A stretch of 55,341 nucleotides of DNA from a virus. Taxonomy: Duplodnaviria > Caudoviricetes. The stretch is from the IMG/VR virus record IMGVR_UViG_3300042887_003034, positions 1 through 55,341 of that record; one strand, 5' to 3'. The notes beneath the pieces were generated by a model. The model searched no databases, was not told the DNA's origin, and saw only the letters and a list, made by a program, of their open reading frames with translations. Below are positions 10,808 through 22,485 of the stretch, piece after piece. Made by a program: the position numbers and the translations under genes. Position 1 is the first letter of the stretch, and each line of letters starts with the position of its first letter.

Positions 10808-11113
10808 TTAGGCAATGCCTCGCGTATCCGCTACTTCGAAGTGGAGACTCAGTTGCGGTTCCGAGTTCTTGAACTTGTGAATCCGTGCAACGAATCCGCC
10901 TGTGGAGCAGGAAGTGGATTCACCTTCTTTCTCGTAGAGTCGAATCGCAGCGTGAATCATTTCCAGCGCAGTGGCCTGCAGTTCTTCCACAGTGGGGACG
11001 GTCGGGGTCCACCACCAGGTCCAGTTCAGCGCGGTCATGACCTTTTGAACTCGATCCCACTCGAATCGTTCCATGATGTCAGCAGTTTCAGCGATCCAGG
11101 TCTTGCTCATCAC
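10808..11113 (-). CDS. Hypothetical phage protein
   Basis: ORF with promoter repeat and RBS. Confidence 0.7.
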   Translation of the reverse strand: MMSKTWIAETADIMERFEWDRVQKVMTALNWTWWWTPTVPTVEELQATALEMIHAAIRLYEKEGESTSCSTGGFVARIHKFKNSEPQLSLHFEVADTRGIA

Positions 11114-11161
11114 GTGCTCCTTGTTGCAATGTCAGTAGTATAGCGCCGAACAATGACCCTG

Positions 11162-11431
11162 TCAAGTGATGGGGATTTCTTCCGCTTCCCATCGTTCGAG
11201 GCTAAAGTCGTAGCCTTCTTCCTCGAGTTCTTGAACTGCTTCGTTAAATGCGCTCTGAAAGTCCCAAACCAATTCAGCCCTACGAGTATCCTTCTTTCGC
11301 TTTACTGCGGTTCCTTTTTGGTATACTGACCAAACGTGTTCTTCACAGTAACTTCGATCTTTGACAGTATCTTTTCCGCAATAGTGATAAGGCACTGTGG
11401 TTTGATCACCGATCCATTGACACCCTTTCAT
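11162..11431 (-). CDS. GcrA C-terminal-domain-like Cys/His protein
   Basis: CQWIGD....HYCG......SYCEEH...VYQ resembles GcrA CxWPxGDP..FCG...PYCxxH...AY. Confidence 0.55.
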   Translation of the reverse strand: MKGCQWIGDQTTVPYHYCGKDTVKDRSYCEEHVWSVYQKGTAVKRKKDTRRAELVWDFQSAFNEAVQELEEEGYDFSLERWEAEEIPIT

Positions 11432-11649
11432 TTCATACTCTCCTTGAGCAGTTTCTTAATCTTTTCCTGCTCGTTATCCGGCATTGATAGGAATTTAATT
11501 ACTCCTTCAGTTGCGCCGGCAATTCTACCAATTCGTTCCACAGCCCAGTATGTTGCAAAGAAACACCAGAACTGCCAACTATCGACGGTATACCCTACTG
11601 CGGTGAGTAGGGCACCCACCGTGGCCCAAAGTAGTATAGGCTGTACCAT
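11428..11649 (-). CDS. Small membrane protein
   Basis: Hydrophobic N-terminal half; translationally coupled to its neighbours. Confidence 0.65.
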   Translation of the reverse strand: MVQPILLWATVGALLTAVGYTVDSWQFWCFFATYWAVERIGRIAGATEGVIKFLSMPDNEQEKIKKLLKESMK

Positions 11650-11650
11650 A

Positions 11651-12526
11651 TTATCGTTTCATGCAGGTCGTAGCAGCCATGGATTTCCAAGTCTTAGGAA
11701 AACTCTTGCGCAGATCAGCCAGTTTCAATACCATGCGCAGGCTGAGTTCGCGCAGTTTCTTGGCATTATCTTCGACAAACTTGATCAGTTCGACTTTGAC
11801 TGCATCTTCAAAATCATAACGATCCAGCATGCCGCAGTCGCGAACAACCTGCTTGATACGCAGCAGTTTCTCGCGATTAGTATCCATCTGCAGGTCGATA
11901 TAATGGCAACGGCTTTCCAGCGCATCCAAATGCACTCGCAGTTTCTTACTGCGAACGTGCTCGAACTTGATATTGGTGATGAAAATGGCAGCGCCCTTAA
12001 ATTCGAAACGGTCCGGAATACCTTCGCTGCGCAGCAGTCGGCTATCAGTATTCCACGAGATGAAACGACGCTCGGAACTGTCCAAGGCACCCTTGAGAAT
12101 ATTCAAACTCAGTTCTTCGCCCAGAATAGTATCGCAGTCGTCGAAAACAATCACCGAACCCTTTTCGCTGAATTCGAAGAGTTTGGCATAAAGGCCAATG
12201 CTGCTCATTGCACCCTTGACCACTTCAAACCTGGGCTTGCGTTCGGCCAGTTTGTCAAACAAACCGTCCTTGTTAAGTACTGCCTCAACGCCGTAGGATT
12301 TGCCAACACCGGGCGGGCCAGAAACAATCATTGCACGAACGTCGCCGCTGCGCACAGCACGAGTCATTTCGTCCAGGATTGCAAAACGCTCGGCCAGTCG
12401 ATCGTAGATCTGCTGATCAGTTTCTTTGGCAACTTCGGCTTCACGCTTGTTGATAGCGTCTTGGTCGAAATCGAAAGTAATAACTTCGCCTTTGCTGGGC
12501 TTCTTGACGGCTGCGGTGCGCGGCAT
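11651..12526 (-). CDS. AAA+ family ATPase
   Basis: Walker A GPPGVGKS, Walker B IVFDDCD, sensor ITN, arginine finger ALESR. Confidence 0.85.
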   Translation of the reverse strand: MPRTAAVKKPSKGEVITFDFDQDAINKREAEVAKETDQQIYDRLAERFAILDEMTRAVRSGDVRAMIVSGPPGVGKSYGVEAVLNKDGLFDKLAERKPRFEVVKGAMSSIGLYAKLFEFSEKGSVIVFDDCDTILGEELSLNILKGALDSSERRFISWNTDSRLLRSEGIPDRFEFKGAAIFITNIKFEHVRSKKLRVHLDALESRCHYIDLQMDTNREKLLRIKQVVRDCGMLDRYDFEDAVKVELIKFVEDNAKKLRELSLRMVLKLADLRKSFPKTWKSMAATTCMKR

Positions 12527-12592
12527 ATTCTATCCTCTGTGTTAAGTAAAGTCTGCATTATACAGGGGAATTAATCCCCTGTCAATGACTTG

Positions 12593-14720
12593 TTAGTCCA
12601 TACGGCTTCCGGCGCTGGCCTCAACTCCCAGGCGCTCCCGCAGGATTTTCGCAGCCGCCTCAGCGCCCACTTCCTTAGCAGTGATCGCTTGAGTGTAGGA
12701 GCCCGACGGATTCCACCATTGCAGTCCGCCACCGTAGGCCTTGCGGAAGCCTGCCTTGAGCAGTGCCCGTCCCAACTTCGTGGAACCCTTTTCGTAGACC
12801 GTAACCCAAGCAAATCCGCAAGCCTCACGATCACCGTACTGGGCGAGGAAGTTCTCAGTGGCAACGGCTGCGGCGTTACGGGCTTCGTGAATGACGTTAG
12901 TGATGTCCATCTTTCGCTCCTGTGTGTTAAACTGTTCTTGCAGTATAGCAGGATCCAAAGACCCTGTCAAGTCTCGGGATGTTGCGTTGCTGCCACAGCC
13001 TCGGCACTGCGGGCTTCAAACAGACCAAGTAGATCCTGTTGCTCTAAGGCCATCTCTACACTGGTACGGATGTCATAGAATTGACGTGCATCGGTGTAAC
13101 TTTTTTGAAACATCCAATGACTACCGTGAGTGCGAACAATGTCCTCAGCCAAGATCAAGTCTGCAAGTCTGCTCATCGCCAATCCTTCTTGTCACCGAAC
13201 ATCTCGTTCCAATTGTAGCCTGCGGTGTAGGCAGTGATCTCCTCTGCAGTCATCTCTGCCAAAGTAACCTTCTCTGAAGTATAGGTATCACCCTTGAAAT
13301 AGTGCGGGTTATATCCGCGATGGTAATAACTATCGGCTGAACCGCGATCGAACGGACCACCGTGCCGTCGATCGTAGAGTTGACCTTCGAACTCGATGGG
13401 CTTACCGGTCAAATCGATCATCATTCAGTTTCCTTATTCATACTTTCGATCACTTGGCGTTCTTGCTTTTGAGCAGCACGGACTATGTCTTCGATGAACC
13501 GCTTTTGCAGTTTCTTAGGCAGGTACCCGAACATCTCGTTGCACATACTTTCAAAGTATCCTGCTTGATAAGCATACCCGTAGCCACCGTAGCTGTCGGG
13601 ATAGTTCTTGCCCGCAGCAGTGGAAAAGGCCTTGAGCACATCGCGGAAAGTGTCTTGGTTCTCTGAACTGAACAGTCCCATTTCTTGCTCCTTGTTGCTT
13701 ACTGTTCTTGCAGTATAGCACTAGTCAAAGACCCTGTCAACCTCTGGGACTCTTGAACTTGTTCAGTAGATCTTTAGCAGCCTGCTGACTTTCCTGATCT
13801 TCTTCAGCCTCTAGCACAGCCAGCATGATCAAATTCAATACCGCCTTGGCCTCGTTTCGCATTGTTTGCAAAGGCAGGCTATTGATAAAATTATCTACCT
13901 GATCTTTTTCATCACAGGACCAAATGATATCGGCAAAGACCCGTTGACGGGAATTCATTCCCGCAATGGTAATTTCATTTTCCATTAAACCGCTCCTCAA
14001 CGATTATTGCAACCAGCATCAACCAAATGGGTGCCGTGATGATAAACAAATTGATCAACCACTGCATGACTGCTCCTTATTTGATACCGAGTTCGAATTC
14101 CAGTTTGATAATCTGATCGCGGATACGGCGCAGGCGGGTAGCAAAGCCGGGCTTAGGAGGATTGCGGATCAGTGCTTCGTATTGCTCTTTGAGACGAGCC
14201 AACTTGGTGTGTGCGTTCATCATGTCAGTAGTATAGCAGGCTTCAAAGATCCTGTCAACCCAGCGTATAGACGATGACACCATCGTAGGTGTCAACGACC
14301 TTTACGGTCTTGCCTGCGTACCAAACCCAATGCTGGGCAGCAGCCTTGTAGGCACCTGCGGTGTAACCAGGATCAACGCCGATCAGATCACCGTTATCCG
14401 CATCATAGACATAGATATCGAACATCTTGCTCTCCGCTGCGTTCATCATGTCAGTAGTATAGCAAAGAGCAAAGACCTTGTCAACTGACTGGGTTCTGGG
14501 CGGAGTGCCGGGCCTGTGGCGGCCTTACAACAGTTCAGTAGTCGTCTCGACTGCGACGACGCCAGTGATCACGGCGTGCTTCTTCCCAGTCGCGATTCTG
14601 TTCGCGATCCTTGCGAGGAATCTTTTGTCCACGGCGATTGCGAGGTTCGTCGTCTTCGATTTCGAATTCGTTGGGATCACCCCATTCATCGTCAAATTGA
14701 TGAGTAGGAATGCGAGGCAT
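12593..14720 (-). CDS. Run of small hypothetical genes (12593-12910, 12967-13182, 13173-13424, 13421-13681, 13737-14000, 14077-14223, 14255-14449, 14535-14720)
   Basis: Minus-strand ORFs tiled between promoter repeats. Confidence 0.65.
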
Positions 14721-14751
14721 GATATATAGTTTCCTTTAGTTTATTAAGAGT

Positions 14752-14826
14752 TGGCCCGGCTACCAGGACTCGAACCTGGATTTAGGGTTTAGAAGACCCT
14801 TGTTCTATCCCTTGAACTATAGCCAG
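14752..14826 (-). tRNA. tRNA-Arg(TCT)
   Basis: Cloverleaf: acceptor CTGGCTA/TAGCCGG, anticodon loop CTTCTAA, T-loop GTTCGAGTC, encoded CCA. Confidence 0.92.
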
Positions 14827-14832
14827 GTGAGT

Positions 14833-15195
14833 TTATCTGCAACCATCAAACACGTAGTAGATTCTACCGTAGCGATCGATCCTTTGGTTGAAGAACGCGG
14901 CCAGTCCTTGTGGGCAGACAATGCCGGTATTTTGAAGTATGATCGGATTCTGCGGTGCAGGTTGATAGACCACAGGAGGTTGTTGCACAACCACCGGAGG
15001 CTGCTGCACGATCACAGGCCCGGGAACATAAACAGGTTGGGGATGTGGTACTTGACTAGCATGAGAATTTCTATGCATCTGTTGCAGGATCAGTGTGCCA
15101 ACGATGCCCTGTAGGACACCTTGTTCACGATCGCCCCAAGCAAGGGTAGGGGTAGCCACAGTGGCTGCGAGGATCAGTGCTAGTGCTTTCTTCAT
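14833..15195 (-). CDS. Secreted Pro/Gln/Val-rich protein
   Basis: Signal peptide MKKALALILAATVATPTLA; repeated QQPPVV. Confidence 0.75.
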   Translation of the reverse strand: MKKALALILAATVATPTLAWGDREQGVLQGIVGTLILQQMHRNSHASQVPHPQPVYVPGPVIVQQPPVVVQQPPVVYQPAPQNPIILQNTGIVCPQGLAAFFNQRIDRYGRIYYVFDGCR

Positions 15196-15226
15196 AATTC
15201 TATTGTACCATCAAAATTATTTAGTG

Positions 15227-15601
15227 TCAACGAACATCTCTACCATAAAGATCCTGTTGTATTTCCGCCACATGCTTACAGGATCCGCGGAATTTGAAGC
15301 CCGGGCAGGTGCAACTCCAACCCTGCCAACCTTGGCTCTTGTCCTGAGAAATGTAGTATTTTTCGCCCTTTGATCCTACACGTACGATCACATCAGGATC
15401 GGGCTGCTCGGGCTCGCTGTCCTCAAGTTCCACAAAGGTCCTGCCGCGAGTGTCAATGCTCAGCGGGCTCTTGAACCGAAACAGTTCTTTGGTGCCTGCC
15501 CTAACATAGGCCATGGCCTTGGTCATGCTGTCATTGAACACGTAGACATGATTTGGAACCATAGGATCGTCCCAAACCGTGGTCTCAAGCATGATCTTCA
15601 C
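15227..15601 (-). CDS. SWIM zinc-finger protein
   Basis: GSKGEKYYI...WSCTCPGFKFRGSCKH (CxC-xn-CxH). Confidence 0.75.
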   Translation of the reverse strand: MKIMLETTVWDDPMVPNHVYVFNDSMTKAMAYVRAGTKELFRFKSPLSIDTRGRTFVELEDSEPEQPDPDVIVRVGSKGEKYYISQDKSQGWQGWSCTCPGFKFRGSCKHVAEIQQDLYGRDVR

Positions 15602-15809
15602 TGGGCACGCTCCAGGCGGTCCAACATGCGGGTGATCTTGCGCTTGTGCTGCTTAACCGTGACCTTGCGGTTCTTGGGCGCCGGGCCGCAGCAGGTGCAG
15701 AACCAGCCGCCGGGGCCCACGCGGGCGTGATGACGAGCGTTGAACATGTTGGTCTTCATCTCTCGCGCTCCTTAGTGTTCTTGCAGTATAAGCCCAAACA
15801 AAGACCCTG

Positions 15810-17974
15810 TCAACCAAAAATGTCGTCTGCAACAAAAAATTTCAGTTGCCTATCTGCCACACCATAGCGATCGCGGGCAAGGCTTTTGAACTGGGGATCG
15901 TAGAGCATGGCTTCTGCCACATCAAAGCCGATCTTGTTGCGAAACTTGAAGCAGTCGGCGACCGTTCGAGCGTCTTGAATGTATTCTTCGTAGGTCTTCA
16001 TCTCTCGTGCTCCTTAGTGTTCTTGCAGTATAAGCCCAAACAAAGACCCTGTCAACTGGTGGGAAATCAATCTATCTGGATGTCAACCAAGTGCCCTTCG
16101 CGGAAGATAAAGTACTCGTTGATGGGGCAACTCGATGACCCAGAGGCCACCCAGACGCAGTCGTTGCCTTTGTAGATTGTGGCGTATCGGGTACCACGCT
16201 TTTGGAGGTAGTCTTGTACCACGATGAGTTCGAGTTCATTGATGTCCTTGTCAGCGATCTTAATCATTGGGATGATTTTTACGAATCAATGTTTCAAGGG
16301 TGGTAGAGTCCAACCACGAACATTTACGAAGTGTTTCAACAGTAATCATTTCATTCAACTCCAATTAATTCGTCCTTGCGACCTAGTAGACTACGAACCG
16401 TATCGTTGGACAGCCACTTGGGGTCTCCACCACCCGTAGGTAATACCAATACCCTGTAATGTACATTCTTCATCGTAGACAGTACTACATGAGCGCGGCC
16501 GTCTATGCGAAAGACCTTAGGAATTTCTTCATCACTGATCAACTTGTTATTCATCATTCAACTCCAAAATGTTGTTTTACCAAATCAACGGCTTCATTAA
16601 AAGCCTCTGCTTTGGAATGTTCGCAGTAATCACTTCCAACAATATAATATTCTTCACTTTCTTTTTTCAATAATTCAGCACACTCCCGGACAATCAACTC
16701 GGCGAATTTCTCTCGATCAAACTCCCACGATTGAGTGTCTTCATTATAGAAAACAGATTGAATCTCAAGTTCTTTGATTCGTTCGTTCATTTCAGACTCC
16801 AGTTATTGCTCACTAGAAATACAGTATAACACTAGCCCGATTTATTGTCAATTTGGTTTTATAGTGAAAACCCGAACTCAGAGGCAGCGGCTTTAATACC
16901 AGGAAAAACGTAATCTACTTCCACTTCTTCATAACGACCATGACTTATAAGAGCAACTTTATGAGCAATTTCCTTGTCAGTGTATGCACCAACCACATCA
17001 CTCTCCATCGCATCATCCCGTACGTAACTGCGACAAGTACGATGAACTACATAAACTTTCATTCTTCAACTCCGAAATGTTTTTCAATCGCATCACATAC
17101 CCTGTTTGTGCCAACTTCAAGTTTAGCAACTCGGCTACATTCCCGAACAATCAACTCGGCGAACTTTTCTTTGTCAAAGGTCACACGGTCAAAGCCGTTA
17201 TCCACTCCATACTCAATGGTTGTGGCTTGTTCAATAAGTTTTTGAATTCGTTCGTTCATCGCGCCAGCATCCTAATCAGTTGGTTATCCAGGAATTCAAC
17301 TTCTTCGTTGGAGAGGTAAAAGTCCGTCTTGGGATCCCAATACTTACCTTCACGCGGGTCGTAGTAGACAACTCGGTTGCAGCCCTTGAGGAACGGACCT
17401 TCCAGGCCCTTGATCTTGCTATAGCCCTGGAACAGTTCTTCGGTCTTGCCCAACACCTTGTAGCCCATGTGCCGCTCTCCTTACTGTTCTTGCAGTATAA
17501 GCCCAAACAAAGACCCTGTCAACTACTGGGCTTTAGTCTTTTCTCGGCATTCGAACACTTTGCCATTGTTGGCGAAAGCACCAAAGACTTCGCAATCTCG
17601 TTGAATATCGGTTCTGCCATTGTGAGCACTTACCATTACTATTACGAACATCATCAAAACACAAATGATAGTGAATCCGATTTTTTGAAAATCATTTGAA
17701 GTCATATTATTTCTCCTTAGATCCAAAGATAAGCGATGGTTGAAACACCGTAAGCAAAAGATAGGGCTAGGGCATAAATGGCGTGATTTTTGTATTGTTT
17801 ACTACGAAGCCTCCATAGGATTTTCTCCAGTAGGAAGTTAAAGATGAGGAATGAAACAATGAACACTCCAATACCAACCATGGTAGGCCAGGTTGCGGTA
17901 CTGTTCATCAACCCTTCCCAGAATGCTTGTTCCACCGGGTTACGGTAAACAATGATGCTTTGCGTTTGGCTCAT
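15810..17974 (-). CDS. Run of small hypothetical genes, including paralogs 16554-16790 and 17059-17259 (MNERI..L...EKFAELIVREC...HFGVE)
   Basis: Tiled ORFs with RBS; the two paralogs align by eye. Confidence 0.65.
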
Positions 17975-18118
17975 CGTGTGCTCCTTGCTGCGATGTCTGT
18001 ACTATAGCACCAATCAAAGACCCTGTCAAGTCTAGGGATAAAGATGAACCCCGCGGTGCTTCCCAGCATGGCGGGGTTCGGATGCCGGGACACTACCCCC
18101 GGACTTAGGAGCGACCTT

Positions 18119-18388
18119 TTAGACTAGACCTAATTGAATCGCGCGATAACCAGCAGCAACGATTCTACGGCTAGCATTGCTCAACTCATACTCGGTAACA
18201 ACAACACCGTTACCAGCCTTACGAGTATTCGCATAAACAGGATAACCTGCTTGGCGAATACGTGTTGCTTCGGCACTGATATTCTTGATACCAAAACGCT
18301 TTTCTGCTTGACTTGCGGTAAACTTCTGACCTTCTTTCATTGCAGAAAACAACTTATGTGTCTTCGTGTTAGGGTTAATTCTTTTCAT
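18119..18388 (-). CDS. Putative winged-helix DNA-binding protein
   Basis: FTASQAEKRFGIKNISAEATRIRQAGYPVY, an HTH-like pattern; basic. Confidence 0.5.
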   Translation of the reverse strand: MKRINPNTKTHKLFSAMKEGQKFTASQAEKRFGIKNISAEATRIRQAGYPVYANTRKAGNGVVVTEYELSNASRRIVAAGYRAIQLGLV

Positions 18389-18440
18389 TATTGTTTTTCC
18401 TTTAAAGTGTTACAATTATAGGAAAAACAACACCTCCAGG

Positions 18441-18659
18441 TCAAGAACTAATTTTGCCAAATTCTTTGTCTACATAATGACTGATCAACTCTCGTTGTAT
18501 CATCGTTAGTAGATCCCCATGATCATCATTGACGACGAATCGAACCGGACATCGACCCCAAGTTCCCGACTTCTGGAACTCTGCAAACCAACGCCTGTGC
18601 TGTTTGTTTTCTGGATCAAAAACTACCCAAGGACGACCAAATAATTGTAGTTTGCTCAT
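18441..18659 (-). CDS. Hypothetical phage protein
   Basis: 72 aa ORF (RPWVVFDP...WGRCPVRF). Confidence 0.7.
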   Translation of the reverse strand: MSKLQLFGRPWVVFDPENKQHRRWFAEFQKSGTWGRCPVRFVVNDDHGDLLTMIQRELISHYVDKEFGKISS

Positions 18660-18730
18660 TTTTAGAACACAGTATAGAAACCCGGTCTTACTGCCCCAAT
18701 GGCACGCCGGGCGCCTTCACACGGCAGTTC

Positions 18731-19171
18731 TTAGAAGGGAGCGTCTTCCATTTCGGCCAACTGCGCCTTGACCTCAGCCTTGGTAACGGTGCTCTTGGGA
18801 GCAGTCTTCTTTGCAGCAACCTTGGCCTTAATGCCCTCCATGGTCGGCTTCTCAGCCTTGACCTTAGGAGCCTTGGCGGGCTTCTCAGCCTTGGCGGGCT
18901 TCTCAGCCTTGGGCTTTTCGGTACGCTTTTCCAGCGCGGTTTCCAGAGCGGACTTGACCTCTTGATTGGTGACCCCGTCGCGAGTGGCAAAGTCGATGCT
19001 GATCAGAAACTTGATAGCCTCGTCCTTGGTCATCGGGTGCTTGAGTTCGATAAGGTCGATATCCTTGTGACCGTGCTTGGCCAGGACCTTGACGCGGAGA
19101 GAATCGTTGGCAAAACGAACCTTCATTTCACCGTTGTAACGGCTGACGCCTGCATGAGAAAAATTAGACAT
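18731..19171 (-). CDS. Protein with a Lys/Ala-rich histone-like C-terminal tail (putative DNA-binding)
   Basis: KAEKPA repeats; own promoter at 19227-19255. Confidence 0.7.
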   Translation of the reverse strand: MSNFSHAGVSRYNGEMKVRFANDSLRVKVLAKHGHKDIDLIELKHPMTKDEAIKFLISIDFATRDGVTNQEVKSALETALEKRTEKPKAEKPAKAEKPAKAPKVKAEKPTMEGIKAKVAAKKTAPKSTVTKAEVKAQLAEMEDAPF

Positions 19172-19261
19172 GGAAAACTCCTTTGTGTGTGTTTGTCAAA
19201 TCTGCGAACCGTTTCGCATTGTCACTACTATAGCACTGGATTGGGCGTTTGTCAACCAGTT

Positions 19262-21190
19262 TCAGTGTTGTTTTTCTGCAACCACATCTGAAATCAACCG
19301 ATTCTGTGCAGCCTCATCCCACTCGTCGAAGGGTTTGCAACCTTGCTCCGCAATCCACTGAAGCACCAACTCAACGGGGCAGTCTAAGACTTTGGCAATA
19401 GATTTGGCTCTATGCCCGTCAATATAGAGTTGCTCAATATCGTAGGCCAGTTCTGCCATCTTGCTCATAGACCCACCCCGTCTTCCATTTCTTCATCTGT
19501 GAGTTCGATTAGTTTAGCATTAGCAAAGCGTCCGAGGAGGAATACCAAATCTTGTACCCCTAGACGATGACCCTCAAAAATAGTGTAATCGCCGTCCTTA
19601 ATATGGATCCAATCGCCACTGCCCAGGCTGTTAGTAATGACCTTGATCATTCTTCTCCCTCTCGGGCTTCGATAGCAAAGGCTTCGGTCAGCGGCACGAA
19701 GAACCGGTCTTCCGAAACATACCACTTACCGTCACGGCGCAGAATGTAGTTGTATTCTTCGAACTGGGCCTCGCGCAGATATTCTGTGTAATTCTTAAAG
19801 CGGCGTGCTTCACAACCAGGTTCGCCACGATCACGACCGTAGAAAGTAGTGAAATTGCGCCGGCGAGTCTGTTCAGCAAAAAACTCATCAGTGCCGTACT
19901 TGTGCGGATTATCGAAATCGTGCTTTTCGCCAATTCCCGGACCCAGCGAACTCATATCGCCCAGGTCAATGAGACTGCGCAGTTTGAACGGATCCGAATA
20001 GTGTTCCTGCAGAATCTTACCGTTGAAACTGAGGTAACCATCCCAGTGGCAGTAGACCTGCTGGACAGTACCGTCTGCGAATTCAAGGGCGATGGTAGAA
20101 CGAGTAGCCATTTAGTGCTCCTTAGCGTGTCAGTGTCTAAAGATTATATGACAGGGGCTGTGCCCTGTCAACATTAACCCTTGCGCTTCTCGGGCTTTTC
20201 CTTGACTTCCTTGACAGCGATCTTGCCGCTGTAGGCATTGCCTGCACGGTGGATCAAGCCAGTCTTGGTTACAGTCACAGTACCGCCCTGATGCGTCTTC
20301 CAAGTGTCGCCAACTTTCATTTCGTGCTCCTTTGTTTCAACGTGAATACAGTATAACAGGATTGGAAATCCCTGTCGTCTCTAGGGTTAATAGTCTGCTA
20401 CCAGTTCGCCGCTGCCGTTTTCCCAAACAAAGATCTTGGTTACAGCCATGCCGTTCTCGGCATCCGGATCAGGATAGACGATTTTGTAGACGAATTGATG
20501 TCCGTTTGAGATGCCCAGGAACTCTGAACGCAGCACAGTATCTGTAGGGTATTCCTTTCGAAGCAGCCCTTCTAGCGTGAGATTGTGCAGATAAGCACAG
20601 CGGCGGATAGTGTCTGCTGAAATCATAGTGCGCCCTCCAGTTCCATAACATCATAAGTCAAGTCGTCAACCAAGTCCTGGATGCGATTGTGGGTTTCAAA
20701 GCAGACATCCGTGTCGCCTAGTGCTTCTTGGATCCACGCATCTGCGTTTTCCAGGGCGGCGATTGCCATACGCAGGCGGGTTGCTTTTTGTGCGTTTGTC
20801 AACATTGTTTGCTCCTTACTGTCCTTGCAGTATAACAGGGAACAATGTCCCTGTCAACTGGCGGGTTTTTGGTGCTTACACTAACACGTCAAGCATTTCG
20901 TACACAGCACTCTGTGCTTCTAATGCTTGTTCGCCATTTTGGGCAATCAGTTGTGTGTTGAGCATTAGCATACGAATTGCAAACTGAGTTCTCCCATATC
21001 CCGAAAACGGATGGAATTTAAGTTTGCGTTTATTGCAATTTACAGCAACTTGGTAAAAGTGTTGCAAAGCATTAGCAAAGTCCTTGTTATTGATGCTTTC
21101 TGCCAAAAGGTCAAGCAGTTGATGTTGCTGTGCAATAAATTTTTGGGACATATGCTGCTCCGTTGCGTTACTGTCCTTGCAGTATAGCAC
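19262..21190 (-). CDS. Run of hypothetical genes, including 19647-20111 (MATRSTI...YCHWDGY family), 19262-19468, 20387-20626 and 20623-20805
   Basis: Tiled minus-strand ORFs with promoter repeats and RBS. Confidence 0.65.
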
Positions 21191-21248
21191 CAGTCAAAGA
21201 CCCTGTCAACCGATGGGGTATTGCTGCTACACAATACCCCATCACTGT

Positions 21249-21719
21249 TTATGCTACTGCAAAAGCAGCCCGCACTTCTTTTGCAAGTGCATAAGCGTCA
21301 TAACTAGCACGCCCCTCGTCCTGCATACCCCACTCGCTGCCGCTGACATCCTCAGCAGCCTCTGCGCTAAAGCCCGCAGCAGTGAGTATCTCGCGCAGCC
21401 GAGTATCAAAGCCGTGCTCCCAGTAAAACTCTCCCATTACTCGCGTAACGTCGTCGTCACTGTGCAAATTACGCAGCAGCAGCGTTCCCATCGTTTGTGC
21501 GTTCTCGTTATTGCTCAGTCCCTCAATATCCCAGTTAACAGCAAGGTCGCCGTCCGGATACCACTCTTCGTCAGTATCCTCATCTGCCCACTCGTTACTC
21601 TTTGCAATGTACATGCTTACAGTCTCAACGAGCACACCTGCAAACTCTTCGTTTACGGGGATTTCCAAGTTGTAGCCCTCGTCAGTTTCAGTAATGTACT
21701 GTGCAAACTTTGCAGTCAT
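21249..21719 (-). CDS. Acidic hypothetical protein
   Basis: D/E-rich ORF; AGGAG upstream of ATG 21719. Confidence 0.7.
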   Translation of the reverse strand: MTAKFAQYITETDEGYNLEIPVNEEFAGVLVETVSMYIAKSNEWADEDTDEEWYPDGDLAVNWDIEGLSNNENAQTMGTLLLRNLHSDDDVTRVMGEFYWEHGFDTRLREILTAAGFSAEAAEDVSGSEWGMQDEGRASYDAYALAKEVRAAFAVA

Positions 21720-21797
21720 CTCGCGCTCCTGTGTTAACAAGTCAGCAGTATAGCACTACACTTGCGCATCGTCAAGTGTAGTGCCCGTGCCACAGTG

Positions 21798-22061
21798 TTA
21801 CAGTCCTTGCTCAATTAGCCGCGCAACATCCGCCTTGTAGTGCTTGTCGCGTATAGTGTACAGCACATTCCAATTGTCATCGCACAGTAGCAAGTCCTTC
21901 GTCACTTTGTCGCGCATGTAAGCGCCATAGTGTTCGCCAAGCCACCAATCTCCGTGTGCCCATTCGCCTTCAAGTTCAAGTCGCACTTTACGCTTTTTGC
22001 TAGCATACACTGCGCCCGCATTGCTCTCTTTTGCAACAAAGTCTTTGTCCGTCGTTTGCAT
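21798..22061 (-). CDS. Hypothetical protein
   Basis: ORF with promoter and RBS. Confidence 0.65.
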   Translation of the reverse strand: MQTTDKDFVAKESNAGAVYASKKRKVRLELEGEWAHGDWWLGEHYGAYMRDKVTKDLLLCDDNWNVLYTIRDKHYKADVARLIEQGL

Positions 22062-22153
22062 TTTGCTGCTCCTTTGTGTTAGTGTGCAAGCATTATAGCA
22101 CTATGCACAAAAAAAGCAAGTGTGGCGTATTAGCCACACCCCCCGGCACTCCC

Positions 22154-22420
22154 TCAGTAGTCGCCCAGATCGTACTGGTCCTCGTAGGACGAATCCAGGT
22201 AACTGTCCTCGCCGCCCTCGGGCTCGTAGGGCTCGTCGTGATCACGCTCCAGGCTGTCGTGATGATAGCCTTGCTCGTACTGATCATCCATGATGTGATC
22301 AGCGGCTTCGTAGACCCAGCTCAGAGGCACGTCATACTTCTGAGCGATCTGATGATAACTCAGTTCGCCTCGGAGGATTTCGTCTTGCAGGTCCATTTCC
22401 AAATCACTGATACGGCTCAT
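22154..22420 (-). CDS. Highly acidic small protein
   Basis: D/E/Y-rich C-terminus. Confidence 0.7.
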   Translation of the reverse strand: MSRISDLEMDLQDEILRGELSYHQIAQKYDVPLSWVYEAADHIMDDQYEQGYHHDSLERDHDEPYEPEGGEDSYLDSSYEDQYDLGDY

Positions 22421-22485
22421 CGTCGGCTCCTTTGTTGCAATGTCAGCAGTATAACAGGGGCCAAAGCCCCTGTCAACTGCTATGT

